From an uncultured Collinsella sp. (GTDB taxonomy: Bacteria > Actinomycetota > Coriobacteriia > Coriobacteriales > Coriobacteriaceae): 64,000 bases of DNA. The notes beneath the pieces were generated by a model that did not search any database, had not been told where the DNA came from, and was given only the letters and a program-made list of their open reading frames with translations. Positions 53,703 to 64,000 of this stretch are shown here, one piece after another. The DNA is taken from positions 14,643 to 78,642 of the forward strand of contig CAAECW010000107.1 in assembly GCA_900754445.1 (NCBI GenBank), read 5' to 3'. The position numbers and the translations under genes are program-made. The stretch's first letter is position 1. Every line of letters starts with the position of its first letter.

Positions 53703-54647
53703 ATGCTCAAGACTCCTCTCTGCGATCTGCTCGGCATCGAAAAGCCCGTGTTCCAGGGCGGTATGGCCTGGATTGCCGATGCCTCGCTGGCGTCCGCAGT
53801 GTCCGAGGCGGGTGGCTTAGGCATCATCGCGGCCATGAACGCCGACGCCAACTGGCTTCGCGACCAGATTCATGAGCTGCGCGCCAAGACGGATAAGCCC
53901 TTTGGCGTCAACGTCATGCTCATGAGCCCGTTTGCCGACGAGGTCGCGCAGGTCGTGATTGACGAGCGAGTGCCGGTCGTCGTGACGGGCGCCGGCAATC
54001 CCGCCAAGTACATGAAGGCGTGGAACGAGGCGGGCATCAAGGTCATCCCGGTCGTTGCCTCGGTGGCGCTGGCGCGTCTCGTGGCGCGTCGCGGGGCCAC
54101 GGCGGTTGTTGCCGAGGGTACCGAATCGGGCGGCCATATTGGCGAGACCTCGACGATGGCACTGGTGCCGCAGGTCGTCGATGCGGTCGACATTCCCGTT
54201 GTGGCCGCCGGCGGTATTGCCGACGGCCGCGGCGTGGCGGCCGCCTTTATGCTGGGCGCCGAAGGCGTGCAAGTGGGTACGCGCTTTCTGGTCGCAGACG
54301 AGTGCACCGTCTCGGAGCAGTACAAAGAGATGGTCCTGAAGGCCAACGACACTTCGACGCGTGCGACCGGTCGCTCGACGGGACATCCAGTGCGCGCCCT
54401 CAAGAGCCCCTTCACCAACGCCTATGCCAAGAGCGAGGGTTCCGGCGCGAGTGCCGAGGAGCTCGGTGCTATGGGAACCGGTGCGCTGCGTAAGGCCGCC
54501 AAGGACGGCAACTACGAAGAGGGTTCGTTTTTGTGTGGACAGATTGCCGGCATGGTCAACGAGCGCCAGAGCGCACGCGAAATCGTTGACGACCTGGTCG
54601 ATGGCGCCGAGCACGTCCTGAAGGGTGCGTGCGCATGGGTGGCGTAG
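53703..54647 (+). CDS. fabK: Enoyl-ACP reductase II (FMN-dependent, NMO family)
   Basis: GGMAWIADASLASAVSEAGGLGIIAA...ESGGHIG; its position follows acpP as in streptococci and clostridia. Confidence 0.88.
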   Translation: MLKTPLCDLLGIEKPVFQGGMAWIADASLASAVSEAGGLGIIAAMNADANWLRDQIHELRAKTDKPFGVNVMLMSPFADEVAQVVIDERVPVVVTGAGNPAKYMKAWNEAGIKVIPVVASVALARLVARRGATAVVAEGTESGGHIGETSTMALVPQVVDAVDIPVVAAGGIADGRGVAAAFMLGAEGVQVGTRFLVADECTVSEQYKEMVLKANDTSTRATGRSTGHPVRALKSPFTNAYAKSEGSGASAEELGAMGTGALRKAAKDGNYEEGSFLCGQIAGMVNERQSAREIVDDLVDGAEHVLKGACAWVA

Positions 54648-55561
54648 CGTTTTTGTTTGCCGGCCAGGGTGCCCAGCACCCCGCGATGGGCGTCGACTTG
54701 ATCGAGACATCGCCGGCGGCTGCCGAGGTGTTCGCCATTGCCGATGAGGTGCGCCCGGGGACGAGCGAGCAGTGCCGGAGCGCCTCCAAGGAGGAGCTCT
54801 CGCAGACCGAGAACACGCAGCCTTGCGTGTTCGTGCACGACCTGGCAGCGGCTGCCGCCCTGCGTGAGCGCGGCGTGGTACCTGCCGCCTGTGCGGGATT
54901 CTCGCTGGGCGAGGTCGCCGCGCTCACCTTTGCGGGGGCGTTCGATACGCGAGCGGGCTTTGAGCTCGTGTGCGAGCGCGCGGCGCTGATGGCCGCGGCT
55001 GCCGAGCGCCATCCGGGCGGCATGCGCGCCGTCATCAAGCTCGATGCGGCGCAAGTCGAGGGCCTGGCAAAACAGGCCGGCGAGGACTGCTGGCCAGTCA
55101 ACTACAACAGCCCACAGCAGACGGTTGTGGCCGGAGCGCCCGAGGCGCTGCAGGAGCTCGACGTCCTAGTAAAAGAGGCTGGCGGCCGCGCCATGAAGGT
55201 CGCGGTGTCGGGTGCATTTCATAGCCCCTATATGGCCGAGGCGACCTGTGGCCTTGCCGCATATATTGAGGCCGGTCACGCGCCGTCCCCGTTGCTCATT
55301 CCTGTTTTGGCAAATATGACAGCGGCGCCCTATCCGGCGGATCCCCAGACGGCATCGGATGTCTTGGCCAATCAGGTGAGCCATGCCGTACGCTGGGTCG
55401 ATACGCTGCATGCTCTGCAGGATCAAGGCATCGACACATTTATTGAGGTCGGCCCCGGCAAAACGCTGTCCGGCCTGGTCAAGCGTACGCTGAGCGACGT
55501 TCGTGTGTATTCGTGCGAGACGGCCGAGCAGGTCGCAGCTATTGCCGACGAGCTCGCATAG
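54635..55561 (+). CDS. fabD: Malonyl-CoA:ACP transacylase
   Basis: FLFAGQGAQ...GFSLGE active-site serine motif. Confidence 0.9.
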   Translation: MGGVAFLFAGQGAQHPAMGVDLIETSPAAAEVFAIADEVRPGTSEQCRSASKEELSQTENTQPCVFVHDLAAAAALRERGVVPAACAGFSLGEVAALTFAGAFDTRAGFELVCERAALMAAAAERHPGGMRAVIKLDAAQVEGLAKQAGEDCWPVNYNSPQQTVVAGAPEALQELDVLVKEAGGRAMKVAVSGAFHSPYMAEATCGLAAYIEAGHAPSPLLIPVLANMTAAPYPADPQTASDVLANQVSHAVRWVDTLHALQDQGIDTFIEVGPGKTLSGLVKRTLSDVRVYSCETAEQVAAIADELA

Positions 55562-55591
55562 TCCACAGGGCTGTAACCCGAAAGGAATGAC

Positions 55592-56365
55592 ATGGGCAAC
55601 TTGAACAATGGCGCGCTCGAGCGCAACGACTCACGTCGCGTGGCACTGGTCACGGGCGGCTCGCGGGGTATCGGCCGCGCCTGCGCTATCGGTCTGGCGG
55701 AGGATGGCTACGATATCGCCGTCGTCTATGCCGGCAGCGTCGATGCGGCGCGCGAGACGTGCGACGCCTGCGAGGCGGCTGGCGCCACGGCGCGCTCATA
55801 TCAATGCGACGTGGCCGACCCCGCTGCCGTCAACGCGTGCGTGGAAGCGGTCCTCAACGACTTTGACTCCATTTGGGCGCTCGTCAACAACGCTGGCATC
55901 ACCCGCGATGGCCTGCTCATGCGCATGGGCGATGACGCCTTCGATCGCGTGCTCGATGTCAACCTTAAAGGAACGTTTAACACGACGCGCGCGCTCACCA
56001 AGACCTTTATGCGCCAGCGCGGCGGCTGCGTCGTCAACATGAGCTCGGTTGTGGGCCTGATGGGCAATGCCGGGCAGGCCAACTACGCTGCCTCCAAGGC
56101 GGGCCTGATCGGCCTGACCAAGGCGGTGGCGCGCGAGCTTGCGCCCCGCGGTGTACGAGTGAACGCGGTCGCCCCCGGGTTTGTCGAGACAGATATGACG
56201 GCAAAGCTTTCGGAAAAGGTTCGTGCGGCAACCGAGGAGCAGATTCCCCTTAAGCGCATGGCGCGCCCCGAGGAAGTGGCCGGCGTGGTGCGCTTTTTGG
56301 CGAGCGATGCGGCTTCCTACATTACGGGCGAGGTTGTACGCGTTGACGGCGGAATGGCGATGTAG
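55592..56365 (+). CDS. fabG: 3-oxoacyl-ACP reductase
   Basis: SDR with TGGSRGIGRA, NNAG and YAASKAG. Confidence 0.92.
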   Translation: MGNLNNGALERNDSRRVALVTGGSRGIGRACAIGLAEDGYDIAVVYAGSVDAARETCDACEAAGATARSYQCDVADPAAVNACVEAVLNDFDSIWALVNNAGITRDGLLMRMGDDAFDRVLDVNLKGTFNTTRALTKTFMRQRGGCVVNMSSVVGLMGNAGQANYAASKAGLIGLTKAVARELAPRGVRVNAVAPGFVETDMTAKLSEKVRAATEEQIPLKRMARPEEVAGVVRFLASDAASYITGEVVRVDGGMAM

Positions 56366-56404
56366 AAATCAGGGCCGAAGAACGGCTTGGATGAGGAGAC
56401 CATG

Positions 56405-57652
56405 ATGGAACAGAGAGTTGCAATCACCGGCATAGGTGCCGTATCGCCGCTCGGCAACACCGCGCTTGCCACCTGGGCGGCAATGTGCGCTGGCACGTGC
56501 GGCATCGGCCCGATTACGCACTTCGATACCGATGCATTTGCCGTCAAGGTGGCGGCCGAGGTCAAGGGCTTTGACGGCAACGAGTACTTTGGCAAGCGTG
56601 ACGCCAAGCATCTGGACCCCTGCGTTCAGTTTGCGATGGCGGCTTCGGACGAGGCAATGCACGATGCGGGCTTTGATGCCGAAGGCGCCATCGATCGCGA
56701 GCGCCTGGGCGTCTACGTGGGCTCGGGCGTGGGCGGCATGACGACGCTCGTCGATAACGTCCATACGATTGCCGACCGTGGGCCCCGCCGCGCATCGCCT
56801 TACATGATCGCGATGATGATCCCCAACATGGCATCGGGCAACATCGCAATCCGTCACAAAGCAAAGGGGCCGACCCTGCCCGTGGTGACCGCGTGCGCCA
56901 CCTCGGCCCATGCGGTGGGCGAGGCGTTCCGCGCCATCAAGCACGGCTATGCCGACGCGATCCTCGCGGGCGGCGCCGAGGCTGCAATTATCCCCGATGC
57001 CGTTGCGGGCTTTACGTCCTGCCGCGCATTGACCACCAACCCCGATCCCGCGACGGCCTGCCGTCCGTTCGATGCAGACCGCGACGGCTTTGTGATGGGC
57101 GAGGGCGCCTGCGTGCTCGTGCTCGAGAGCATGGAACATGCGCAGACGCGCGGTGCGCACATTTATGCCGAGGTCGTGGGCTACGGCAACACCGATGATG
57201 CCTATCACATCACGAGCCCTGATCCCGAGGCTGCCGGCATTGCCCGCGCGATATCGCTGGCGGTGACCGAGGGCGACGTCAAGCCATCCGAGGGTCTCTA
57301 CATCAATGCCCACGGCACATCGACCAAGCTCAACGATTCGTCCGAGACGGCGGGCATTAAGCGTGCGCTCGGCGAGGACGCGGCGCGCGCCGCGCACGTC
57401 TCGTCGACTAAGTCGATGACCGGCCACATGATCGGTGCCACGGGCGCCATCGAGGTCATGGCCTGCGCCATGGCGCTCGAGCAGGGCGTGGTGCCGCCGA
57501 CCATTAACTACCGCACGCCCGATCCCGCCTGCGATCTTGACTACACGCCCAATCGCGCAGTTCGCGCCGACCTTACCTGGGCGCTTTCGACCAACCTAGG
57601 CTTTGGCGGGCACAACGCCGCCATCGCGCTGCGTAGATATACGAGGAGCTAG
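56405..57652 (+). CDS. fabF: 3-oxoacyl-ACP synthase II
   Basis: KAS I/II with the C-H-H triad context (ACATSAHA, HGTSTKLND, GHMIGATG). Confidence 0.92.
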   Translation: MEQRVAITGIGAVSPLGNTALATWAAMCAGTCGIGPITHFDTDAFAVKVAAEVKGFDGNEYFGKRDAKHLDPCVQFAMAASDEAMHDAGFDAEGAIDRERLGVYVGSGVGGMTTLVDNVHTIADRGPRRASPYMIAMMIPNMASGNIAIRHKAKGPTLPVVTACATSAHAVGEAFRAIKHGYADAILAGGAEAAIIPDAVAGFTSCRALTTNPDPATACRPFDADRDGFVMGEGACVLVLESMEHAQTRGAHIYAEVVGYGNTDDAYHITSPDPEAAGIARAISLAVTEGDVKPSEGLYINAHGTSTKLNDSSETAGIKRALGEDAARAAHVSSTKSMTGHMIGATGAIEVMACAMALEQGVVPPTINYRTPDPACDLDYTPNRAVRADLTWALSTNLGFGGHNAAIALRRYTRS

Positions 57653-57655
57653 AGC

Positions 57656-58129
57656 ATGGATTCCAAAAGACTTGCCGAGATAGCCGATGTTATGGAGGAC
57701 CGCGGCCTCACGCGCGTACGCGTTGAGGAGCCCGATGGCACCGCGGTCGAACTCGAGCGCGCGAGCGCCGCACAGCCGGTTGCCGTGCCCATGCCCATGC
57801 CGAGCGCTATGGCCGCTCCAGTTGCAGCTCCCACAGTCGCGCCTGCCGCACCGGAGCCCGCCGCGCAGACACCTGCCGCCGCACCGGAGCCCAAGGGCAC
57901 CGAGGTGACCGCTCCCATGGTCGGCGTTTTCTATGCTGCCCCGGCGCCGGGCGACGAGCCGTTTGTGCACGTGGGCTCTAAGGTCAAGGCCGGCGAGACG
58001 CTCTGCATCATCGAGGCCATGAAGGTTCTCAACGAGGTAACGGCAGAGGCAGACGGCGAGGTGCTCGAGATCTGCGTGGCCGACGGCGACCTCGTGGAGT
58101 TTGGCAGCTGCCTCATGAGGATCGGATAG
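57656..58129 (+). CDS. accB: Biotin carboxyl carrier protein of acetyl-CoA carboxylase
   Basis: EAMKVLN biotinyl-lysine motif and an Ala/Pro-rich linker. Confidence 0.9.
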   Translation: MDSKRLAEIADVMEDRGLTRVRVEEPDGTAVELERASAAQPVAVPMPMPSAMAAPVAAPTVAPAAPEPAAQTPAAAPEPKGTEVTAPMVGVFYAAPAPGDEPFVHVGSKVKAGETLCIIEAMKVLNEVTAEADGEVLEICVADGDLVEFGSCLMRIG

Positions 58130-58561
58130 GTGATATCCATGAACAAAGAAGAGCTTAAGGAACTGTTGCCGCATCGCGAACCGATGCTTTTGCTCGACGA
58201 GGCCGAGCTGGTGGGCGACGAGGCCCACGGCAAGATCACGATTACGGGCGACGAGTACTTTTTGCAGGGGCATTTTCCGGGAAACCCGGTGGTCCCCGGC
58301 GTGATTCAGTGCGAGATGCTCGCCCAAAACTGTTGCGTGCTGCTGATGGGCGATGAGGAAGCGCGCGGCGCGACGCCGTTCTACACGAGTCTGGACAAGG
58401 TGCGCTTTAAGCGTCCGGTGCGCCCGGGCGACACGGTTGATCTGGTGTGCACCATCACGCGTGCGCGCGGGCCGTTCCGCTTTGCGACGGGTACTGCGAG
58501 CGTCAACGGTGAGGTTTGCTGCCGCGCCGATATGTCTTTTGCACTCATGCACGAAAGTTAA
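58130..58561 (+). CDS. fabZ: 3-hydroxyacyl-ACP dehydratase
   Basis: LPHREPMLLLD...HFPGNPVVPGV hot-dog fold. The start is either GTG 58130 or ATG 58139. Confidence 0.9.
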   Translation: MISMNKEELKELLPHREPMLLLDEAELVGDEAHGKITITGDEYFLQGHFPGNPVVPGVIQCEMLAQNCCVLLMGDEEARGATPFYTSLDKVRFKRPVRPGDTVDLVCTITRARGPFRFATGTASVNGEVCCRADMSFALMHES

Positions 58562-58571
58562 GGAAGGCTTC

Positions 58572-59901
<1,330 letters not shown>

Positions 59902-59915
<14 letters not shown>

Positions 59916-61626
59916 AAAAGCGAAGACGGTCAACGTCCTCGAGGGGCCGATGACCGAGTCGTGCGCCGAGTTTCCCGCGCGCCACGTGTTTATCAAGTGC
60001 CCGGAGTGCCGCCGCGTGATCGATGAGGCGCGCCTGCACGACAACCTCGAGGTCTGCCCTCGTTGCGGCAAACACTTTCGCGTGAGCGGGCGCGACCGCA
60101 TGCGCATGACGATTGACGAGGGCACGTTTGAGGAATGGGATGCCAGTCTGGCGCCGGAGGACTTCCTTTCGTTTCCCGGCTATGCCGACAAGCTCAAGAG
60201 CGTGAGCGAACGTTCGGGCGAGCGCGATGCCGTTGTGTGCGGCAAGGGCAAAATCTGCGGTTGCGATACGGCGCTCTTCTTTATGGACGCCAACTTTATG
60301 ATGGGCTCGATGGGTTCCGTGGTGGGCGAGAAGATCTGCCGCACATTTGAGCGTGCGACCGAGCTGGGACTGCCGGTCGTTGGCTTTACCGTATCGGGTG
60401 GCGCCCGCATGCAGGAGGGCGTGACCTCGCTCATGCAGATGGCCAAAATCTCTGCGGCGGTTAGGCGCCATAGCGAGGCGGGCGGCCTGTATATCACGGT
60501 GCTCACTGACCCCACGACCGGAGGCGTAACCGCGAGCTTTGCCATGGAGGGCGATATTATCCTGGCCGAGCCCGATGCCCTGACGGCATTTGCCGGCCCG
60601 CGCGTGATCGAGCAGAACATGCACAAGCGCCTGCCCAAGGGATTCCAGCGCTCCGAGTTTTTGCTGGAGCACGGCTTTTGCGATGCCGTTGTTCCGCGTG
60701 GCGAGATTGCGCTCACGGTAGGCGAGCTGCTGGCGCTGCACGAAGGGCACGCGCCCGGCCTGGGGGCACCGCATGAGATCGTGCATACGGGTCGCCGCGG
60801 CAAAAAGCTGGGACACTTGTTCAAGCGCTCGGCCGCACCAAAAACCGCGCTCGAGATTGTCAAGCAGACCCGCTCGGCAGATCGCGCCACGGCAGGCGAG
60901 ATGATCTCGCTGGGCCTGGATGGATTTGTGGAGCTGCACGGCGACCGCTACTTTGGCGACGACGCTGCTGTGGTGGCTGGCATTGGCTGGAAAGACGGAC
61001 GCCCCGTAACGGTCATCGCCATCGAGCGCGGCACCACGACCAAAGAGCGCATGCGTCGCAACTTTGGTATGGCACATCCCGAGGGCTACCGCAAAGCGCG
61101 TCGCCTGATGCGCCAGGCCGAAAAGTTTGGTCGACCGGTTCTGTGCCTGGTCGATACTTCGGGCGCGTTTTGCGGCATCGGTGCCGAGGAACGCGGCCAG
61201 GGTGAGGCGATTGCCCAGAACCTCATGGAGATGAGCGGCCTTAAGACGCCGATTGTCTCGGTGGTGACAGGCGAGGGCGGCTCTGGTGGCGCGCTGGCGC
61301 TGTCCGTGGCCGACCGCATCCTGATGCTCTCGAGCTCGGCCTATTCGGTCGTGAGCCCCGAGGCCTGTGCGTCGATCCTGTGGAAGGATACCGAGCGCGC
61401 GAATGAGGCCGCCGAGGCGCTTAAGCTCACGGCCCCCGATCTGCTGGCGCTCGGCATCATTGACGGCATTGTTGACGATAAGGGCCTGTCGCATGAGGAG
61501 ATCGCCGGTGCCGTCATGTCCTCGGCATTTGATGCCTTCGATGCGCTTGGGCAGCTCGACGACGCGACCCTCACAAACCTCCGCTACGAAAAGTACCGCG
61601 CAATCGGTCAGTACCGCACGATGTGA
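59902..61626 (+). CDS. Acetyl-CoA carboxylase carboxyltransferase, fused beta (AccD) and alpha (AccA) subunits
   Basis: N-terminal Zn-ribbon CPECRRVIDE...CPRCGKH and the AccD domain are followed by the AccA domain in one 574-aa frame. Confidence 0.88.
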
Positions 61627-61642
61627 CAAAGGGGCAGCCCGC

Positions 61643-62881
61643 ATGTCACATTGGGAAAGGCGTTCCATGTCACAAGTTTCTAACACCACGTTTGCAACGA
61701 CGGTTTCATCAAACGCCATGGCCGTGGTGGACTATCTGTCCAAAAGCATGATGTCGGCGTTGCCGTTTATTGTCTGCGCGGCGTTGTTCCGCACCGTCGC
61801 CGTCATTATGGGCGAAGGCATGCTGGGCCTGTGGTCTGCCGATTCCGAAATCTATCGCCTGTTCTACAGTTGGCTCTATAACGCCGGCTACTACTTTTTG
61901 CCCATCTATCTTGGTTGGGCGGCCGCCCGCCAGCTCGGTTGCTCGGAGCAGCTGGGTATGATGCTGGGCGGCGTATTGATTGCGCCCGATCTGCTCAAGC
62001 TCGTCGATGCCGCATCGACGACGGGGGCATCGATGACTTCCGTGTATGGTCTGCTTCCCGCGCCGGTCAACGATTACACGACGACTGTTATTCCGGTTCT
62101 CATCTCGGTGCCCGTGCTATGGCGAGTGGAGTGTTTCTTTAAGCGCGTTATCCCTAAGGCCGTGGCGTTTTCGTTCGTTCCGTTTGCAACCATGCTTGTC
62201 ATGGTTCCGGTTTCGCTGTGCATTACGGCGCCGGCGGGCAGCTATCTGGGCATGCTGTTGGGCCAGCTTATGTTTATGCTTGGCAATTCCGGTGGCATCG
62301 TGTCGCTGCTCACGCTCATGGGGCTTGCCGCGGGTTGGGAGTTTCTTAAGATTGCAGGCGTCAGCAACGTTGTCCTATCGCTTGCCTATGCTCAGTTTAT
62401 GAGTGTGGGAACGGATTCGTGCATCCTGATCGCCGCGACGATGGCGACGTTCGCCGTTTGGGGCATGCCCTTTGGCGCGTCGCTCCGCGTTGCGGATAAG
62501 GACGAGAAGGCACTCATGCTGGGCTATTCAATCTCGGGTATTCTTGGCGGCGTAAGCGAGCCGGCGCTGTACGGTTGCGGCTTTAAATATGGCAGGTGCC
62601 TGACGTACATGGCCATTGGCGGCGCCGTCGGAGGCCTTGTTGCGGCCGTGGGCCACGTTACGGCCTATACCATCGGCATGACGAATGTCCTTATGGTCAT
62701 TGGCTTTGCCACGGGCGGCATCTCGAACCTGCTGTGGTGCTGCGTTGCCGGCGGTGTGGCATTTGCGGTGTCTGCGGCGCTGAGCTACTGCTTTGGCGTG
62801 GTGCCGGCGCAGGGACAGGCGGCAGAAGACGGGGCCGATTCACCCGAAACAGTGGCGAGCGCTGCTGAAGTAAGCGCATAA
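61643..62881 (+). CDS. PTS sugar transporter EIIC component (glucose-superfamily), stand-alone
   Basis: About 410-aa polytopic membrane protein with the EIIC signature GGVSEPALYG (G-[IV]-x-E-P motif). It starts 17 nt after accDA. The ORF-track 5' extension back to 61367 is spurious. Confidence 0.6.
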   Translation: MSHWERRSMSQVSNTTFATTVSSNAMAVVDYLSKSMMSALPFIVCAALFRTVAVIMGEGMLGLWSADSEIYRLFYSWLYNAGYYFLPIYLGWAAARQLGCSEQLGMMLGGVLIAPDLLKLVDAASTTGASMTSVYGLLPAPVNDYTTTVIPVLISVPVLWRVECFFKRVIPKAVAFSFVPFATMLVMVPVSLCITAPAGSYLGMLLGQLMFMLGNSGGIVSLLTLMGLAAGWEFLKIAGVSNVVLSLAYAQFMSVGTDSCILIAATMATFAVWGMPFGASLRVADKDEKALMLGYSISGILGGVSEPALYGCGFKYGRCLTYMAIGGAVGGLVAAVGHVTAYTIGMTNVLMVIGFATGGISNLLWCCVAGGVAFAVSAALSYCFGVVPAQGQAAEDGADSPETVASAAEVSA

Positions 62882-62888
62882 ACCTGTG

Positions 62889-62914
62889 CGACAAAAGGAC
62901 GATTCTTTTGTCAT
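62889..62914 (+). terminator. Hairpin after the EIIC gene (weak terminator)
   Basis: GACAAAAG-gacgatt-CTTTTGTC. Confidence 0.35.
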
Positions 62915-63031
62915 GCTCCAAGGCCGTGGCCCGTGCGGGCTGCGGCCTCTTTGTATCTGGGAGACAAAGTGGCTACACTACAATCCGTTTGAGCAATAGA
63001 TATATAGGTAGTACCGTGGGGGCGGATGCAG

Positions 63032-64000
63032 ATGGTCGAGTGGATAGTTAAGCGCGCGCAGGGCGATCGTGCGCGTGTGGGCACGTTAGCGGGCATGGTG
63101 TGTATTGTCGCCAATGTGGCGCTTTGTGCTGCGAAGGGCGCAATCGGTGTGGTTTCGGGATCGGTTTCGATTGTGGCGGATGCCATGAACAACCTGTCCG
63201 ATGCCAGCTCGAATATCGTGAGCGTGCTGGGCTTTAAGCTGGCGAGCAAGCCCGCCGACCCCGAGCATCCATACGGCCATGGTCGCTACGAGTACCTCTC
63301 GGGTCTTGTCGTGGCGGCGCTCGTGCTTCTCATTGGCCTTGAACTGGTGAAGTCCTCGTTTGAGCGTATCATCCACCCCGAACCTGTCGAGTTCTCGCTT
63401 GCCCTGGTGGCAGTCCTGGCGCTTTCGATGGTTGTTAAGCTGTGGATGGCGGCGCTCAACCAAAAGCTCGGCGACCGTATCGAGTCCGAGACACTGCATG
63501 CGACTGCCCAGGATTCCAAGAACGATGTTCTTGCCACAGGCGCCGTGCTGGCATGTGCAATTGTTTCGCAGGTGACGCACATCAATCTTGACGCATGGGT
63601 TGGCCTTGCCGTTGGCGCCTATATTGGCTGGAGCGGCTTTGAACTTATTCAAGATACGGTGAGCCCGCTTTTGGGTCAGTCGCCCGATCCTAAGCTGGTC
63701 AAGCACATTCGAGACAAGATCATGAGCTATCCCGGCGTTTTGGGAGTTCACGATTTGATGGTTCACGACTACGGCCCGGGCAGGAAGTTCGCAAGCGCTC
63801 ACGCCGAGATGGCAGCCGAGGCCAGCCCGCTGGAAAGTCACGACACGCTCGATAACATCGAGCAGTCGTTTAGGAACGAAGACGGCATGATTGTCACACT
63901 TCACTACGACCCCATCGTGACCGACGATCCAAAGGTGGCGAGCATGCGCTTGCGCATCAACGCTATGGCTCAAGAGATCGATAGCCGCCTTTCGATTCAT
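63032..64000 (+). CDS. Cation diffusion facilitator family transporter (3' end beyond the window)
   Basis: The plus-strand frame reads MVEWIVKRAQGDRARVGTLAGMVCIVANVALCAAKGAIGVVSGSVSIVADAMNNLSDA...HPYGHGRYEY..., showing CDF HxxxD/DxxxD motifs. It is missing from the ORF track because there is no stop inside the window. The minus ORF 63086-64000 is antisense. Confidence 0.75.
   Translation, partial: MVEWIVKRAQGDRARVGTLAGMVCIVANVALCAAKGAIGVVSGSVSIVADAMNNLSDASSNIVSVLGFKLASKPADPEHPYGHGRYEYLSGLVVAALVLLIGLELVKSSFERIIHPEPVEFSLALVAVLALSMVVKLWMAALNQKLGDRIESETLHATAQDSKNDVLATGAVLACAIVSQVTHINLDAWVGLAVGAYIGWSGFELIQDTVSPLLGQSPDPKLVKHIRDKIMSYPGVLGVHDLMVHDYGPGRKFASAHAEMAAEASPLESHDTLDNIEQSFRNEDGMIVTLHYDPIVTDDPKVASMRLRINAMAQEIDSRLSIH

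Noticed and set aside
61367-61642. 5' extension of the EIIC ORF overlapping the accDA 3' end
   Set aside because: It is in a different frame within accDA coding sequence. The Arg/Ser/Pro-rich translation is typical of out-of-frame high-GC reading. The real start is at ATG 61643 or 61667.
63086-64000. 304-aa minus-strand ORF
   Set aside because: Antisense to the plus-strand CDF transporter frame, which shows clear CDF motifs.

Overview
This window looks like a high-GC (~62%) Gram-positive chromosome, probably Actinobacteria or Coriobacteriia. The call rests on class-E sortase LAXTG sorting, N-terminal basic extensions on SecE and RlmB, and a Firmicute-like fab cluster with fabK. The backbone is the conserved disA–ispDF–cysS–rlmB–yacP block, then a tRNA/tuf/rpmG/secE–nusG–rplKA / rplJL / rpoBC / rpsL–rpsG–fusA / rpsJ ribosomal super-locus. 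A complete type II fatty-acid synthesis cluster follows (fabH-acpP-fabK-fabD-fabG-fabF-accB-fabZ-accC-accD/A fusion), then a PTS EIIC and a cation-diffusion-facilitator gene. The ribosomal locus is interrupted several times. A ~22-kb block of accessory genes sits between rplA and rplJ. It carries a metallophosphoesterase, a 638-aa two-domain unknown protein, mscS, an LAXTG-anchored 5'-nucleotidase, a COG1101/4120/2984 ABC importer, a WYL regulator, asnS, crr, an esterase, a feoAB fusion, an MFS transporter, a GH13 amylase, a DNA glycosylase and an aminotransferase. galU sits between rplL and rpoB. An ECF sigma/anti-sigma pair, bracketed by ~35-bp inverted repeats, sits between rpoC and rpsL. 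The most unusual content is non-coding. There is an exact 80-bp-period array of three 57-nt hairpins next to a fused HTH–HipA-like kinase with a perfect 28-bp palindromic operator. There is a two-copy structured element with a conserved core (GAGCAC-TTAAT-GTGCTC) and copy-specific self-complementary arms that show compensatory changes. There are ~61-bp tandem structured repeats and DtxR-half-site-like boxes in front of feoAB. A recurrent 11-mer AACACGTCAAC occurs at the fab operon leader and the ABC operon. No CRISPR, integrase or transposase gene was seen. All calls are from reading the sequence and ORF track only, with no database searches.
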